From NCBI GenBank assembly GCA_040285855.1, contig JAUFOQ010000006.1, forward strand, positions 186,001-250,000: DNA of 64,000 nt. The letters are read 5' to 3'. Of this stretch, positions 23,946 through 36,226 are shown piece after piece. How positions within the stretch are numbered: the stretch's first letter is position 1; each line of letters begins with the position of its first letter. Below the pieces are notes generated by a model, which worked only from the letters and a program-made list of their open reading frames with translations, was not told where the DNA came from and did no database searches. The position numbers and the translations under genes were made by a program. The stretch is from Eukaryota sp. GEM-RC1. Lineage: Eukaryota.

Positions 23946-25694
23946 ATGACATATTGGCTTCTTCTCACTGCTCTATACACTGTATTTGTTCTAGGTAATT
24001 GTGCTGTACTCTTAGTATCTTCCTCAACACATCTGTCTTCTCATTTTTCTGAACTTTCAGGTCTTCTTCCTTATCTTGATGAAGATATCCTTCTGTTAGA
24101 CGTCAATCCTGTCATTAACATCGTTGACCAATTGTCCCTACATCTTCTCTCTTCATCTTCCCTCTTCATCCACGGTTCTTTATCAACTCCTGAACTCCTT
24201 CAGCTAAGTGAGTCATTGAACCTACCCACATACCTTCTCTCCTTCGTCCCTTCATTCTCCAAGAGATTCTCTAATACGTTTTCAATGGTTGCTGATTTCG
24301 AATCTTCTTTTCGATTTCTTTTGAGTGCTGACCCGCCTGAAAATGATTATGTGTTGATTCCAATCAATAATGATTGGGAATCGACAATTCGAACGAATTT
24401 CCAGCCAATCATTTTTGATCTCTTAATTGATTACGGATTGTTCTTTAAGTTTGTTGATTTAACTGAAGAACGATTTGACACTCCGAATAGTTTAATTTTC
24501 AATTTTGAAAACATATTGAAATATTCTGAAGTCGATGGCACTTCCAAGTTTCCAAATTCATCTATTGTTTTAAATTGTTTCGACATTTTCCGTAACAAAT
24601 CCAGTTGTTTTGACCTTGATTTGATTGGATTCACTCCATCATGTCACGTCATTGAGTTTCTTGATTTGTTATGTATTTATCGGACCAATCGTTCTCAAAT
24701 TGAAGGTTTTACTGGAGATATTTACCTTAGAAATGGTGAAAATGTCTTGTCAAGTCCTAATTTGAAACTTAAGTTTAGACCGACCCGAAATAGCATATCT
24801 CAAAAATTTAACAAATTCTTCAATATTCAAATTAATGAAAGTCCTGCTAAAATCATTTGCCTAATCATCATTGCTTTTGTCACTTTACTAATTTCTCTCT
24901 ACACTGTTTCCTTCTTCCGAGACATCACCCTGCCCCCACAACGTAGAACATCTCAAGCAATCGTGATGACTGACATTGAAAGCTCTACTTATCTGTGGGA
25001 GCAGTTACAAGGCAAATATTTAAATGGTGATGAAATAATGAAAAGTGTCTGGACACTTCATAACACGGTCGTCAGGACTCTCGTTGACCAGTTTCATGGA
25101 AGAGAGTGCTTTAATGAAGGTGACGGGTTTCTGTTATTGTTTGACAACTGCTGTGATGCTGTTTCATTTGCTGTGAGTCTACAACTAAGTCTTGTGGATG
25201 AGGTTGACTGGCCCATGGAACTTCTACAGCAACATGAATGTAGTGAGGTGGCAAGTGAAGGAAGAAATGTATGGAAAGGCTTGAGAGTTAGAGTAGGAAT
25301 TCATTTTGGGAAGATCAATTATTCAAGAAAAACGTGTGGGCAATCAACTTTGATTGGATTGTTGGGGAAGGAGTTGGGAAAGTGTTCAGCAGTTACAAAT
25401 GCTGGACATGGGGGTCAGATTTTGGCGTCAAGTGAAGTCATTGCTGATTTTAAGCAATCAAAACGATATCCATCGCCAATCAGAATTGACCAGTTAGGGG
25501 TTTATAACCTTCAACAAGCAGACTTGCCTATTCTGCTTTATCAAATCACTCCAAACTCATTGATTGGGAGACACTTTCCTCCTGTAAGAACGCAGACAAT
25601 GACACGTGGGAGTGGACCAGGAGGAATAGCTAGTAGACGTTGGTCTGCGGCTGGTATTGGAGTTTCAGATCATGATTCTAAGTGTCTTAAATAG
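23946..25694 (+). CDS. Receptor-type class III adenylate/guanylate cyclase-like protein
   Basis: Signal peptide (MTYWLLL..), ectodomain, one TM (IICLIIIAFVTLLISLY), and cyclase motifs MTDIESSTYLWE, EGDGF, GLRVRVGIHFG, GHGGQIL. Confidence 0.88.
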   Translation: MTYWLLLTALYTVFVLGNCAVLLVSSSTHLSSHFSELSGLLPYLDEDILLLDVNPVINIVDQLSLHLLSSSSLFIHGSLSTPELLQLSESLNLPTYLLSFVPSFSKRFSNTFSMVADFESSFRFLLSADPPENDYVLIPINNDWESTIRTNFQPIIFDLLIDYGLFFKFVDLTEERFDTPNSLIFNFENILKYSEVDGTSKFPNSSIVLNCFDIFRNKSSCFDLDLIGFTPSCHVIEFLDLLCIYRTNRSQIEGFTGDIYLRNGENVLSSPNLKLKFRPTRNSISQKFNKFFNIQINESPAKIICLIIIAFVTLLISLYTVSFFRDITLPPQRRTSQAIVMTDIESSTYLWEQLQGKYLNGDEIMKSVWTLHNTVVRTLVDQFHGRECFNEGDGFLLLFDNCCDAVSFAVSLQLSLVDEVDWPMELLQQHECSEVASEGRNVWKGLRVRVGIHFGKINYSRKTCGQSTLIGLLGKELGKCSAVTNAGHGGQILASSEVIADFKQSKRYPSPIRIDQLGVYNLQQADLPILLYQITPNSLIGRHFPPVRTQTMTRGSGPGGIASRRWSAAGIGVSDHDSKCLK

Positions 25695-26434
25695 TAGATC
25701 TAATGTGAAATACAGTTTAATCATTTTTTAATTAGTGGTTCAAGACACCAGTTGACTCCAGATTAGCTAAACTGTTTCATTTAGTCGATATGCTTTAAGC
25801 TCTATTTCTAGTGTCTACAAAGGATCTAAGGGTTTTAGTATGAGGCTCTCTTATTGAAGTCGAAAATTATCAGCGTTATAGCTTGTAATTTTGAATTTCT
25901 TCATGTGCAATAGTTTTGGTACATTGACTTAGTTGAAGTCACATTTTCTTGATGGAAGTTTCCAGAGATGTTCTGGAGAAAGAAATTAACTCACAAATGA
26001 AGTTACATTTTTGTCTGATCAAAATGGAGGTTTGTTGGTAAATAGAGTTATCAATCAAAAACAAATTGGATCCACCCTTTTGTTTTGATCCTCCAAACTT
26101 ACCTATTTCTCTCTCTTTTACTTAGTAATCCCTTTCAGTATATTTGTTTTTCGAAATAGACCTTTGTGTTTACAAATTCACTTTTAAATATTAAATTTCT
26201 TGATTTTGATTACTCATAACTCTAACTGAATTAACTGAAATAGAAATCGAGTTGTTGAAGAAGGACTGAACTCGTTAGTTGTTTCACGAAATCACCAACT
26301 GACGAAGTATGGTGATGAAGGGAAGCTACCTTTAGGCTTGGCAGCTCGGCAGATGAATGAACATGTATCGTTTTGACAGACAGCTGTTATTTGCGCCGCT
26401 TCCGACTTCACAAAACGACATTTTGTACCATTGA

Positions 26435-26474
26435 GAGTTGCTACTTGTAGAATTAATTCTACAAGTAGCAACTC
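26435..26474. repeat. Perfect 40-bp spacerless palindrome
   Basis: GAGTTGCTACTTGTAGAATT|AATTCTACAAGTAGCAACTC. Confidence 0.95.
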
Positions 26475-28639
26475 AACTTCAACTGTTTCAGTACATCACG
26501 TAAAATTGTGGCTCCCTCTTTTAAGGTGTAAGCTTATCGTGAACAATAACTGTTGACATGATGAATAAGGGAATGTGATACAGTACACGTCATTTTATTG
26601 TGGGTGGATTTATACCATGAAGCTGAAAGTTGTTGTACTCCAAATTGATATTCAACTACTTGAAGATGATAAAGTTAGTCTGAACTAGTCAATTAAAAGA
26701 GAGTTTGACCCTTTTGTTACCCAAGAATATTTGACCAGTATTTAATGGTAGTTTCTCCGCTTCTCGTCATCCCCAACGTAGTTGAGTGGAATTCCTTGTA
26801 TCAGTTTGCCCTACTTGAAGTCCAGAACTCCTCTTTCAAAACCTCACTGATTGATCTTCGTAGGTAAGCCCAGAATCGTTTTCTAGGAGCTTCTACCTTC
26901 TTCAAAAATGGTCTTCCAAATATCTCCTTATCAAATTAAATACTGATTATTTGTTGTTGTTTGTTCCATTTGTTCTTCTCTAAATTGTCAAACGAGTTTT
27001 AACCCAGTTGTAACCCAACGCACAGTGTCGATTGAATTCCTTTTCAACTCTTTGCTTCTTTTTGGAGAAGTTGTGCGTTCTGTATTGATTGTTCGATTTG
27101 TGTGTAGTTACCAAATTTGATAACTACACGTATTTCCAGGTATTTCCATTTTAATGGTTTTTTCAGTTTTGGAAGAAATTTTCAACACTCAGAACCTTCG
27201 TCTCACGTTACTTATCAGATTTTTAATTTTTGAAGATTAAAGAATTGTATTTGCAGCAATAAAATCAAACATGGTCTACGACAAAATACAATGAGTACCA
27301 AATGTGATGGCAGAATTTCTAGCAATCAAATCAACAAAGTCAGCTTCCACAAAGGACAAACAAAGAACGCAGAATTACTGTAACGTTACTAAGCAACCAT
27401 CTAAAATGCTCCGAGAGCGGTTTAAAAGATACTTCAAGCGACGACAAGCTTTTCCACACATCAATGATGGAGAAACCGAACCACAATCTGGATAAGGCTG
27501 TGACTGAAGAGATTCAGGAATCACATCAGTTGTTGGTGGAAAGAAAGAGCCTCCTTTAAGAACAAACAAAGGTAAAGAGCAAACAGCTGCTGATCTAACA
27601 AACAGTTCATGAAGGGAGGTCCCTGGCCGTGAAGTGAAAAAACGAGATTCTTCATTCGGAGCCTAGAGAGGAAAAATTTCATCAGATGTTTCACTCTAGA
27701 TACATTTTGATTAATTTAAATTAATCTGAAATTCCAATTTTTGAGTGAAACGATAGACGACTCTTGGGAGCACCTATTGTTGTAGCAACTATTCCCCAAT
27801 AGTGAGATCTCGAGTTGAATCTATTCAGAGTATGTGATAAACCCATACAAGTTTTATATGATGCCTTTTGTTCCGGAAATATTGCGAAGGGTAATGGAGC
27901 TTTGTTTATTGCTAAGGAGAAAAGAAAAGACGAAGTAAAAAGGGGGTCGCCAAGGTTTTCTAACACACGCGTGTTATAACATATAGGAACAATGATTTTT
28001 CTATAGCTCGTATTACTGCTTTTGCATAGTCTGTAATTGATAGAATTTTACACGATGGATGATGACAGACAAAAGACATTGCTCAGGCGTTGGCAAAAGT
28101 GGTTAACCAATTGAGCATCAGCCGTAATCTAACCTTACTAGAGGTATCAATGGAATTGAATTGATAGTGAGGTGAACAAAAAGCCCAGATCGGTGACTTA
28201 ACAGTTTATTAGCTGAACCGGTGACATCCGCAATTAAATAGGTCATTAATAAAAGAAGTCCATGTTTGTATTTGCAATTAGTAGTTTACAATCAAAAGAC
28301 ACCAACATGAGATCTTGTGCACTTGTGATGAATATGATAAATGATAAACAAGCAAAGTTGAAGAACATTGAGAATAGCCGAAGTTGATACTGACTTAAAG
28401 TTCAAGTTGATCATCGCAGCTGTGATTTGTGATGTTTAGCTGTAATCCTAACACTTGGTTGGTAGAATACGATCATAATGATACTGCAGTGTATATTTCA
28501 ATGCTGTATTATTCTGTATTTTGATATTCTTTATATTTGCAACAATATATTAATACATACTAATACAGAAAATGAAAGAAGATAAATTCTCCATATCCAC
28601 ACGAGAATTATCCCTGAAACACTTGGAATAAATGGAACT

Positions 28640-28760
28640 TGAATACTTAGGAATGCTTCTGAAAAGAACAAACATAATCAAACCAGAAAGAACCATTACA
28701 AACCTTGGCATTAGAACGGTCACTGAAAAGTGTTAAACCTGCTGGTCCAATATATACTTG
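28640..28760 (-). mobile_element. 3' fragment of RLE-type non-LTR retrotransposon
   Basis: Nucleotide similarity to 30320-30450 (shared GGAATGCTTCT, CATTAGAACG, CACTGAAAA and GCTGG.CCAATAT blocks). Confidence 0.65.
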
Positions 28761-28957
28761 TATTTGTACTGAGTGAATTTTACTTTTAGCGGTCAACACA
28801 ACAACTTGACTTTAAACGACACACTGTTCAAGGTCCACCTTTGGAGACTATAACAGTTTCCGTCAAAATGATAAGTCAAGAAACGAACAAGAGTAGGGAC
28901 ATGGTGAGAAAGCCTCGACTTAAAACCCAGTTTGTTTCTTCATTATATTTTCTTGAC

Positions 28958-29713
28958 ATGTCTTCATCAATCGGCATCATTTCTGCAGTTCCAGCTGAAT
29001 TACACCTTATCCTTGAAGAACTTCAATCAGTACAATCCCACGATATTGCTGGCAGAACTTTTCATCACGGTTTTCTCTTCAACAAGTCTGTTATCTTAGT
29101 CCTCTCTGGTATAGGAAAAGTCTCTAGCGCCGTAACGTCAACAATCCTCATCCAACACTTCAAAATATCGTCAATTCTTTTCATTGGCACTGCTGGAGCT
29201 TTGTCATCCTTTCTAAAAGTAGGAGACATTGTCATTGCCGATAAGCTAGCACATCACGACTTCAATTGTGATCCTATCTTCCACCGAGGACTCATTCCTT
29301 CATGTAACAAGATCCATCTACACTCTAACCCTCTTCTTCTAAAGTCTGCCATCACGTCAGCTTCTGCTGTTGTCTCCAATCCGTCCTTCATTGAAGCTCT
29401 CTCATCTCTCGATCTTTCTCCTTTTCCATCTGTCAAAGTGGGCTTAGTTATGTCAGGTGATCGTTTCATCAATGATCCTGTTTTGACTTCAGATATTCTC
29501 TCCTATGAACCTTTCTCTACTGCTTTGTGTTGTGAAATGGAGGGAGCAGCTGTAGCCCAAGTCTGTTCTGAGTTTGATGTGCCCTTTGTTGTTGTACGGA
29601 TTGTTAGTGATGGAGCGGGTGATGGAGCTCACGTTGATTGGACTTCATTTTGTGATTGTGTAGCTGGAAAATTTGGTGTTCTATTTGTTGAAGAATATCT
29701 GAAAAATATTTGA
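28958..29713 (+). CDS. mtnN: 5'-methylthioadenosine/S-adenosylhomocysteine nucleosidase
   Basis: IGIISAVPAE, SGIGKV, FIGTAG, GDIVI, SGDRFI, EMEGAAVAQVC, RIVSD. Intronless; likely start MSSSIG. Confidence 0.92.
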   Translation: MSSSIGIISAVPAELHLILEELQSVQSHDIAGRTFHHGFLFNKSVILVLSGIGKVSSAVTSTILIQHFKISSILFIGTAGALSSFLKVGDIVIADKLAHHDFNCDPIFHRGLIPSCNKIHLHSNPLLLKSAITSASAVVSNPSFIEALSSLDLSPFPSVKVGLVMSGDRFINDPVLTSDILSYEPFSTALCCEMEGAAVAQVCSEFDVPFVVVRIVSDGAGDGAHVDWTSFCDCVAGKFGVLFVEEYLKNI

Positions 29714-30241
29714 AAATTTGGAGTCAATAGCTGCTTTATGTTATCCACTTTTTCGCTGTATTTATTTCCTCTACCTCTAGTAGACCCCTTGTTTCACTTT
29801 CTTGAAAGAAGTTGTCAATTTTGGTTCCATGTTTCTTTGTGAATTTGGAGTCACTGTCAGCAACACGGAAATTTTAAATTTTTGATATCTGGCTTGAGTG
29901 ATGAGAAAATGACTCCATATGAAAGATGACGTTTCGTAAGTGCCCCAAAGTGACGTACAGAATCACTGGTTTTCACGTGTTCTCAACATTTACTCTTGTC
30001 CAGTCAATCAGTGTAACAAAACATCTTTCAAGATTCAATGATTAGTAGGAAATAGAAGTAGTCACACTTTTTAAACATGAAAAGATGATTTATATACTAT
30101 CAAAACATATCAATATATTTTAATTGTCAGAGTTTTTATTTTTGACACTTTTTCACAAACATGTAAATCAACAAAATAAAACAAATTATAAATACATATA
30201 CTAAAGAGTTTATTTGCAACAATAAATTAATACATGCTAAT

Positions 30242-30680
30242 TCAGAAAAAGAAAGAAGTTAAATTCTCCACATCAACACGAAAATTGTCCCTATACAACT
30301 TCGAATATATGGAACATAAATACTTGGGAATGCTTCTATAAAGAGCGAACATAATTCGATTAATCCATACAGCGATATTAAACACCGTGCCATTAGAACG
30401 AAATAAAAGACTAAAATCACTGAAAAACTTTAAACCGGCTGGACCAATATTACCAAAAATTGAAATGGCAAATGGAACAAATGAAAACTTTGAATATAGA
30501 TTTTCATTAAGCTTCTGCAAAGCATCCGCATAATTTGAACACTTTCGTTGTTCAGCCTTTTCCAGATGACCATTCGAATCATTCAATATGGAGTCTTGGT
30601 AGACTTTTGCAAACGGGTCAACTGCAGTAAAATCAACCACAACTTGAGATGAATCCAGGAAAGGAGCAATTAATACATAT
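30242..30680 (-). mobile_element. 3' end of CRE/R2-like non-LTR retrotransposon (restriction-like endonuclease region)
   Basis: DFTAVD...AEQRKCSNY...FVPFAISIFGNIG...WINRIMFALY, homologous to the 60772-61632 ORF. Confidence 0.75.
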
Positions 30681-32523
30681 AATTGAAATTTCTTTCAGTA
30701 CATGGCTTTTGACAAATAAATTTATCTCAACATATTACAATAAACATTGTATTGATGCTACTTGTTTTGTGATCGCAATTCCCGTATCAGTGGAATTACT
30801 CTCAATTGAGTAATCACTCCTGGTATTTCTATTGTTATCAAAGAAATGTAAACTGAACTTATACTTGACATTGTAGAATCACATAATGGTGTTGTCAATT
30901 TGTTTTTATTTCCTTAGTCTATTCTACTAATCTTTTAAACGACTTTCTCCAACAAGGAAGTATCCATGTTCTACTTCATGTTGAAAGAAAGAGATGATGA
31001 TGATCCTGTCAATCAGTCAGTCACTGTCCCACCATCACAAAAAAAATCCAAAGATTTAGCCATTCCAGATGACACCATCATGGCAGAAGATCAAACCGTC
31101 TGTAGAGTTGGTGGCTTGTCAGTTTCTCCAGAACGTGCCACGTGGCACCAATTCAATTCAATCTTGCTCCAACAGCCATATTAACCCAATCACTGCGTAT
31201 TCGGTGTGGAAGTATTAAGAAGGATTGCTCATGAATTCCTTCAGTGATTTGAACAAGTCACAGAAACCAAAATCACTTCACAATCTAGATGATGTTGACG
31301 TAATTCTTGATTGAATCGCTGATTATCTAGGTTTCTGCAACACTCAGAAAGATTATTCCCAACCAACGACTCTACTCTTCGGAGAACCAACTTACTTCTT
31401 CCACATTGGAAGAATTGCAGCCAAATAAGTTTAGACCCGCTGGATCTCGACTCATTTCCTACACAGTTCAACAACAAATGAATTACTTGGGAACAGCTAC
31501 AACCTCGAGAGACGAGCTCTTTTGTAAAATCATACTAAGAACTCAATATAAGGACATTATCACAGCTGAATGAGGTTAAAATGAACATGTCAATCCAAGA
31601 CTATGAAAACAGATGGCTAGACTTCATCCGATGATTCGGCACAGTCATTGCTTTGCCGGCACGATGCCTACAACAAACCCCCACCCCGGGTCCGTTGACC
31701 TCCACCTCGTCACCAACTTTAATACAGAATGCTGAATACAGAATGATCAAACACACCAACGTTGAACAATGGTATCAATTTCGAACCCAGTCTCGTCTCG
31801 ACTGAAGGGGACTAGACTACGACCCTGACGAGAAAGGCAGCTTGCTCCTAAAACCAGCCAAACAATTGAAGAGATTCCCCTCTACCCAAAGGTCTCGAAG
31901 ATACTAGACGCCTATGGAAATCTTTTAGGATCCATTATGGACAAAAACTGTGTGAACTGCTTAGTAACAGTAGAACAAGCTGACAACTTGCTTAAGACTC
32001 CGTTCCCGAGGGACCAAGTAGTAGAGAGGCAGGTTGACAATCTTAATCGATACCTCCGACTTCAACACCTCTTCATATCAAATCCCGATAATAAACATCA
32101 ATCCCTCGATCACAGTTCCACCAATGGAGGCCGAAGCTCCCTACGTGATCTTATTAGGACTCACATCGTCTTCGCAGTTGCCAAAACTTTTGATGATTTA
32201 CCAAGAATTAGATTCGTTCTTGAGAGAGCACAACAACAACAAAACCACGTCAAGTAAACCGTTACAGAAAGATCCAAGTTCTACATTTCTTAACTTACTA
32301 ACAGGAAAATTGTTCATTCTCTTCTAACATTCACTTTAAATCGACGATTAGAACGCAGAACGACAACTCAAAAAAATGTACATTCACTGCTTAGTAATCG
32401 TTCAATCACTTATTCAATCACTAATTCAATAAGTGATTGCCTCTGAGATTTAAATGACGTCGTTTTAGAAGAAGAGTTACAATAGAACATCAGATTTAAG
32501 TAATGGAGACAATCTCAATTAAC

Positions 32524-33453
32524 CATACTTGGGTATCAGACTTTTTTTGCATTTTGTGATACCTGTGAATCACACATATCACATCACAACATCACATCAC
32601 AGTGTGATATGTGTTATAATTGAGGTATATCACATCACAAATACAGATAATACTGATCTTACTCAATTGGACCTTATATAAACAAACTTGAAGTATATTT
32701 TCTGCTAAATATGGAGGCTTTTGGATTGTGGAACTCCATCGAGCCTCCTAATCATAGATTGTAATTGAGAAACACAGTCAAAAGAATCCAGTAGTCGCAA
32801 ATTATTCAACTGATTTAAAGGAGACGTTTGTTGTTAATCAACATTAATCCCCACAGGTTTGCGGTCTATTGTTAAATGATCCTCAATTTAGCTGTGGAAA
32901 CACAAGATAAGTACAAAAACCCTTTAATGAATCTTACACATGTGAAACGTGTTGAATATGAAATATGTCTATTGGATGTATCAATTTACGATCGTTTAGG
33001 AAAAAGTGGACCCAATTTTCTAAATGATGTTAAAAAGAGTCGTAACAAGAGGATGAACAACCGTTTTGATCATATCTTAGTATATTGTATTCTGTTTGTA
33101 GAACAATTCACGGAATTGTTGGCTAAGCCTCTACTATCAGTGAGTTCCTTTTTTGAGTAAACAACTGTGGCCATGTGACAAACAAGACAGAATGAAAATT
33201 TATCTCTTACATTCTTTCAGATTGAGTCATATAAATCGTTCAAAATACACACACAATAGTAAGTATTGATCGAGTTTAGTCTTCAATTCGAATATATCAC
33301 CATATTTTGCGTATTTCGACCCCCACATGCACCACAATTATCACTCACAACTATCACAATTATCACTCTCAGATCAGTCTTTTTGTGATACCTGTGAATC
33401 ACAAACATCACTCACAAATATCACATCACAAAAAAGTGTGATCCCCAAGTATG
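32524..33453. mobile_element. Non-autonomous hAT-type element containing a retroelement fragment
   Basis: 24-bp TIRs CATACTTGGG(T/G)ATCA(G/C)ACTTTTTT with 2 mismatches; perfect 8-bp TSD CAATTAAC (32516-32523, 33454-33461); subterminal direct repeat TTTTGTGATACCTGTGAATCACA. Internal 32850-33160 resembles the RLE C-terminus (KYK...SIYDRLGKSG). Confidence 0.88.
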
Positions 33454-33664
33454 CAATTAACAATAAATTCTGTCCAACTATTCTTCAAAATTTAACTTTG
33501 AAAAGATAACGGGGATTATTTCTGAACAATAAAAACATTAATCTAAAAAGAAACCCAGCGAAGGAAAATAAGTAGTTTAATTAAAGAAGAGCGACTTGGA
33601 ACCAAATTTTCTAATGTACCTAGGGTAAGAGAAATAACCCGGGGTAAGAACAAGTACCACAACT

Positions 33665-36169
33665 AACATACTGAATATATTTGATCTTGAGCTTCTTTTG
33701 ATAAGCCACACTCTGAGACGTCAATCGAGATTAAGAAGTGACTGTCTTGAACAAAATCACATATGATTGGTACAACTGAATCATCAAGTTTGCTTCCTTT
33801 AAGAGAGACACTTGTCAACGTCTTGGCTTGCTACAGGGACTTAAGTAAAGGCTCGATAACATCCAACACATTAAAACATTGTTCAAGACCAATGTGAGTT
33901 AAAGGGGTGTTCAGTGGCAATGACGTCATCAATGACGTGACAAACTCGTGATTAACACAGCATTCTACCAGAACAAAGCGCTGGATATAACTATTCTGCA
34001 GTAACAGAGCTCCAACGTTATCATTTGAATGGACAGATTTGTGTCCATTAAATACAAAAACACCGTTGGAAGTGTTGAGATAATGCTGGCCTAAGAGGAC
34101 TTCAAAAGACAAAGATTGTTGATGAAAAAGACCGAATAAGTCAATCAAATCATAGATTTCATGACGGTCAGCCATAAAACAAGGAAATATAAATCGATTA
34201 ACGAACTTAATAACATATGCATTTCCTAACGTGGAGAAGAAATCATGCATCATCATCATCCCACAATATTTAATGATACCTTCATCACAATCAATCAAAT
34301 GAGGTGATACATCAATCTTAGCATGTAACTTCTGTAGATACAACGAATTGAAAACAGCAAGTACAGCGAACATAGATATAGTTTGAGTTCTGCCATTAAA
34401 ATCGACATTTGTAAGACTATTGTTAAAACAGAGGGCATCCAATACTCGAAAAATAAAATCATCGTTAGCTTTGCAAGACCGGAAGTCAATAGAAGTCATA
34501 GAAGTATTGCGTTTGATTACACTGCAAATCGAATCAACGACAGAGAGATGAATTTTTGTGCCGTTGACAGCAAACCTTTTAATAGAAGTATTAAACGCCA
34601 AAGAATTGATAATTGTTACAACGTGTTCATTGTCAAGGACTTGAACTTCATCCACATCAAACTCATCATAATCAGCAAAGCTTTGAAAAGTGAAGGACTC
34701 GAGGGTTGTGGTACGCATCAGAAAGCTCACCAAAGAAGTGGCTGATTCATGATTAAAAATAAGGCCAAATAGTGTCAACTCTTTGATTTGATTAACAGAC
34801 AGTAATCTGACTAACTCAACTATTTCTTGTTGGGTGGCGGTAGTCGGTGAAAATGCCATGTAACTACCAGCAATATCCACAACTGAACAATCACCCACAA
34901 ATGAGAATATTCCCTTAGAAGGGTCAATAAGATGAGGGGAGACGTCGAATTTAGTCGAAACAGTTTTGCCAATAATAGATGAATAAATTTCAATTAAAGC
35001 ACCAAATGAAACGGGCACATGGAAGTGCTTTAAAGTAGAATTACAAGACAAACCTTTAACAATGGAACTTATCATTGGTCTTGAAAAAGACATTCTAAAA
35101 TGGAGAATGTAACTAAAGTGACATTGGTACTTAACATAGCACCAATAGCTTTAGCGTCAGCCTCTACTAATTGATTGTCCTCGGAAACCAAGACCTCTAA
35201 CTCCAATAGTGAAGTGATTGACTCTAAAGAAGTAAAGAGAGGAATGTATGAAGGTAAAAGAATGCAATCTCGAAGGATTAGTCGTTTGAGTGTCGAGCTG
35301 GTGGTTAATGAAGAACATAAGGGTGACACAGACAACGTAGAACCACTAAACTCAATTGATCTCAACAACTTGTTTACGGAAAGACTTGAAAGGAGATCAT
35401 CACATCCATTTGAGAATATAGGAAAACAGACAGAGTTAAGAGAAGAAGCAAGGCGAAGAAGTCCGGTGAAAGGAGAAGAATCCTCAAAGAAGTTATAAGA
35501 ACAATCAAGTTCACGTAAACTAGAACTGTTGCAGATCAACTTACACAACCGAGCCAAAGAGGTTTGAGATAGAGAACAATCGATGAGAGAAAGTTTAAAG
35601 AGATGACAAGAAGATATAACAGTGGATATACGAAGAACTAAATCCAGTCCCAGAGGAACACGAACATGACTGAGATTAAGCACAGATATAGAAGTAGACG
35701 AGATGTCCGAAAGTCGACCAAAAAGAGCGTTGGAGCGGTCAAAATCCCCAGAATACGTGATTGATTTAAGGGAGGGACATGATGAGAGAGGTGAAGTGGC
35801 CAAATGAAGAAAAGATTCAGTTGCATAATGTGTAGAGATGGAACGTACATTGGTAAGTTCAATCAACTCAAAGTCAGAAAGAGTTAAATAAGAACAATCA
35901 AGGCTGATACTGGACGGAGCAGTGTTGAAGTAGCGGCAAATTGAGAGCAAAGTTGTGCTGGGGTGATAGAGAGATAATGGCGAGTAGCATCAAAGGACAA
36001 ATGGAAAAAAATGTTGCTAGTGTAACCAAATCGATGGAAAAAAGAGGTGATTACATCTAAAAGAACTAGAGATGATGATCTTCCATTATCATTGTCTGGA
36101 AACAAAAGAGTAAGGTATTTGCAACCAATTAGTGTGAGGGATGGAGTGGGGGAAACGGATTCTACACAT
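33665..36169 (-). CDS. F-box-like + LRR protein, with three homopolymer frameshifts and an in-frame TAG
   Basis: Reconstructed N-terminus MCRIRFPHSILTLI...FGYTSNIFF; ORFs 35884, 35072 and 33831 join at C/T runs. LRR-like coding (TLTSVSLKGSKL...ISIDVSECGL) continues in frame after TAG 33831-33833. May be a pseudogene. Confidence 0.7.
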
Positions 36170-36226
36170 TTAGACCTGACCTGACTGTTAAAAAAGATCT
36201 AATCTTCACAACCACAAAAAAAATGA

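Noticed and set aside
30966..32327. Possible LTR-retrotransposon gag remnant (also 26700-27700)
   Set aside because: Fragmented coding-like sequence, but no LTRs, PBS or diagnostic motifs could be confirmed.
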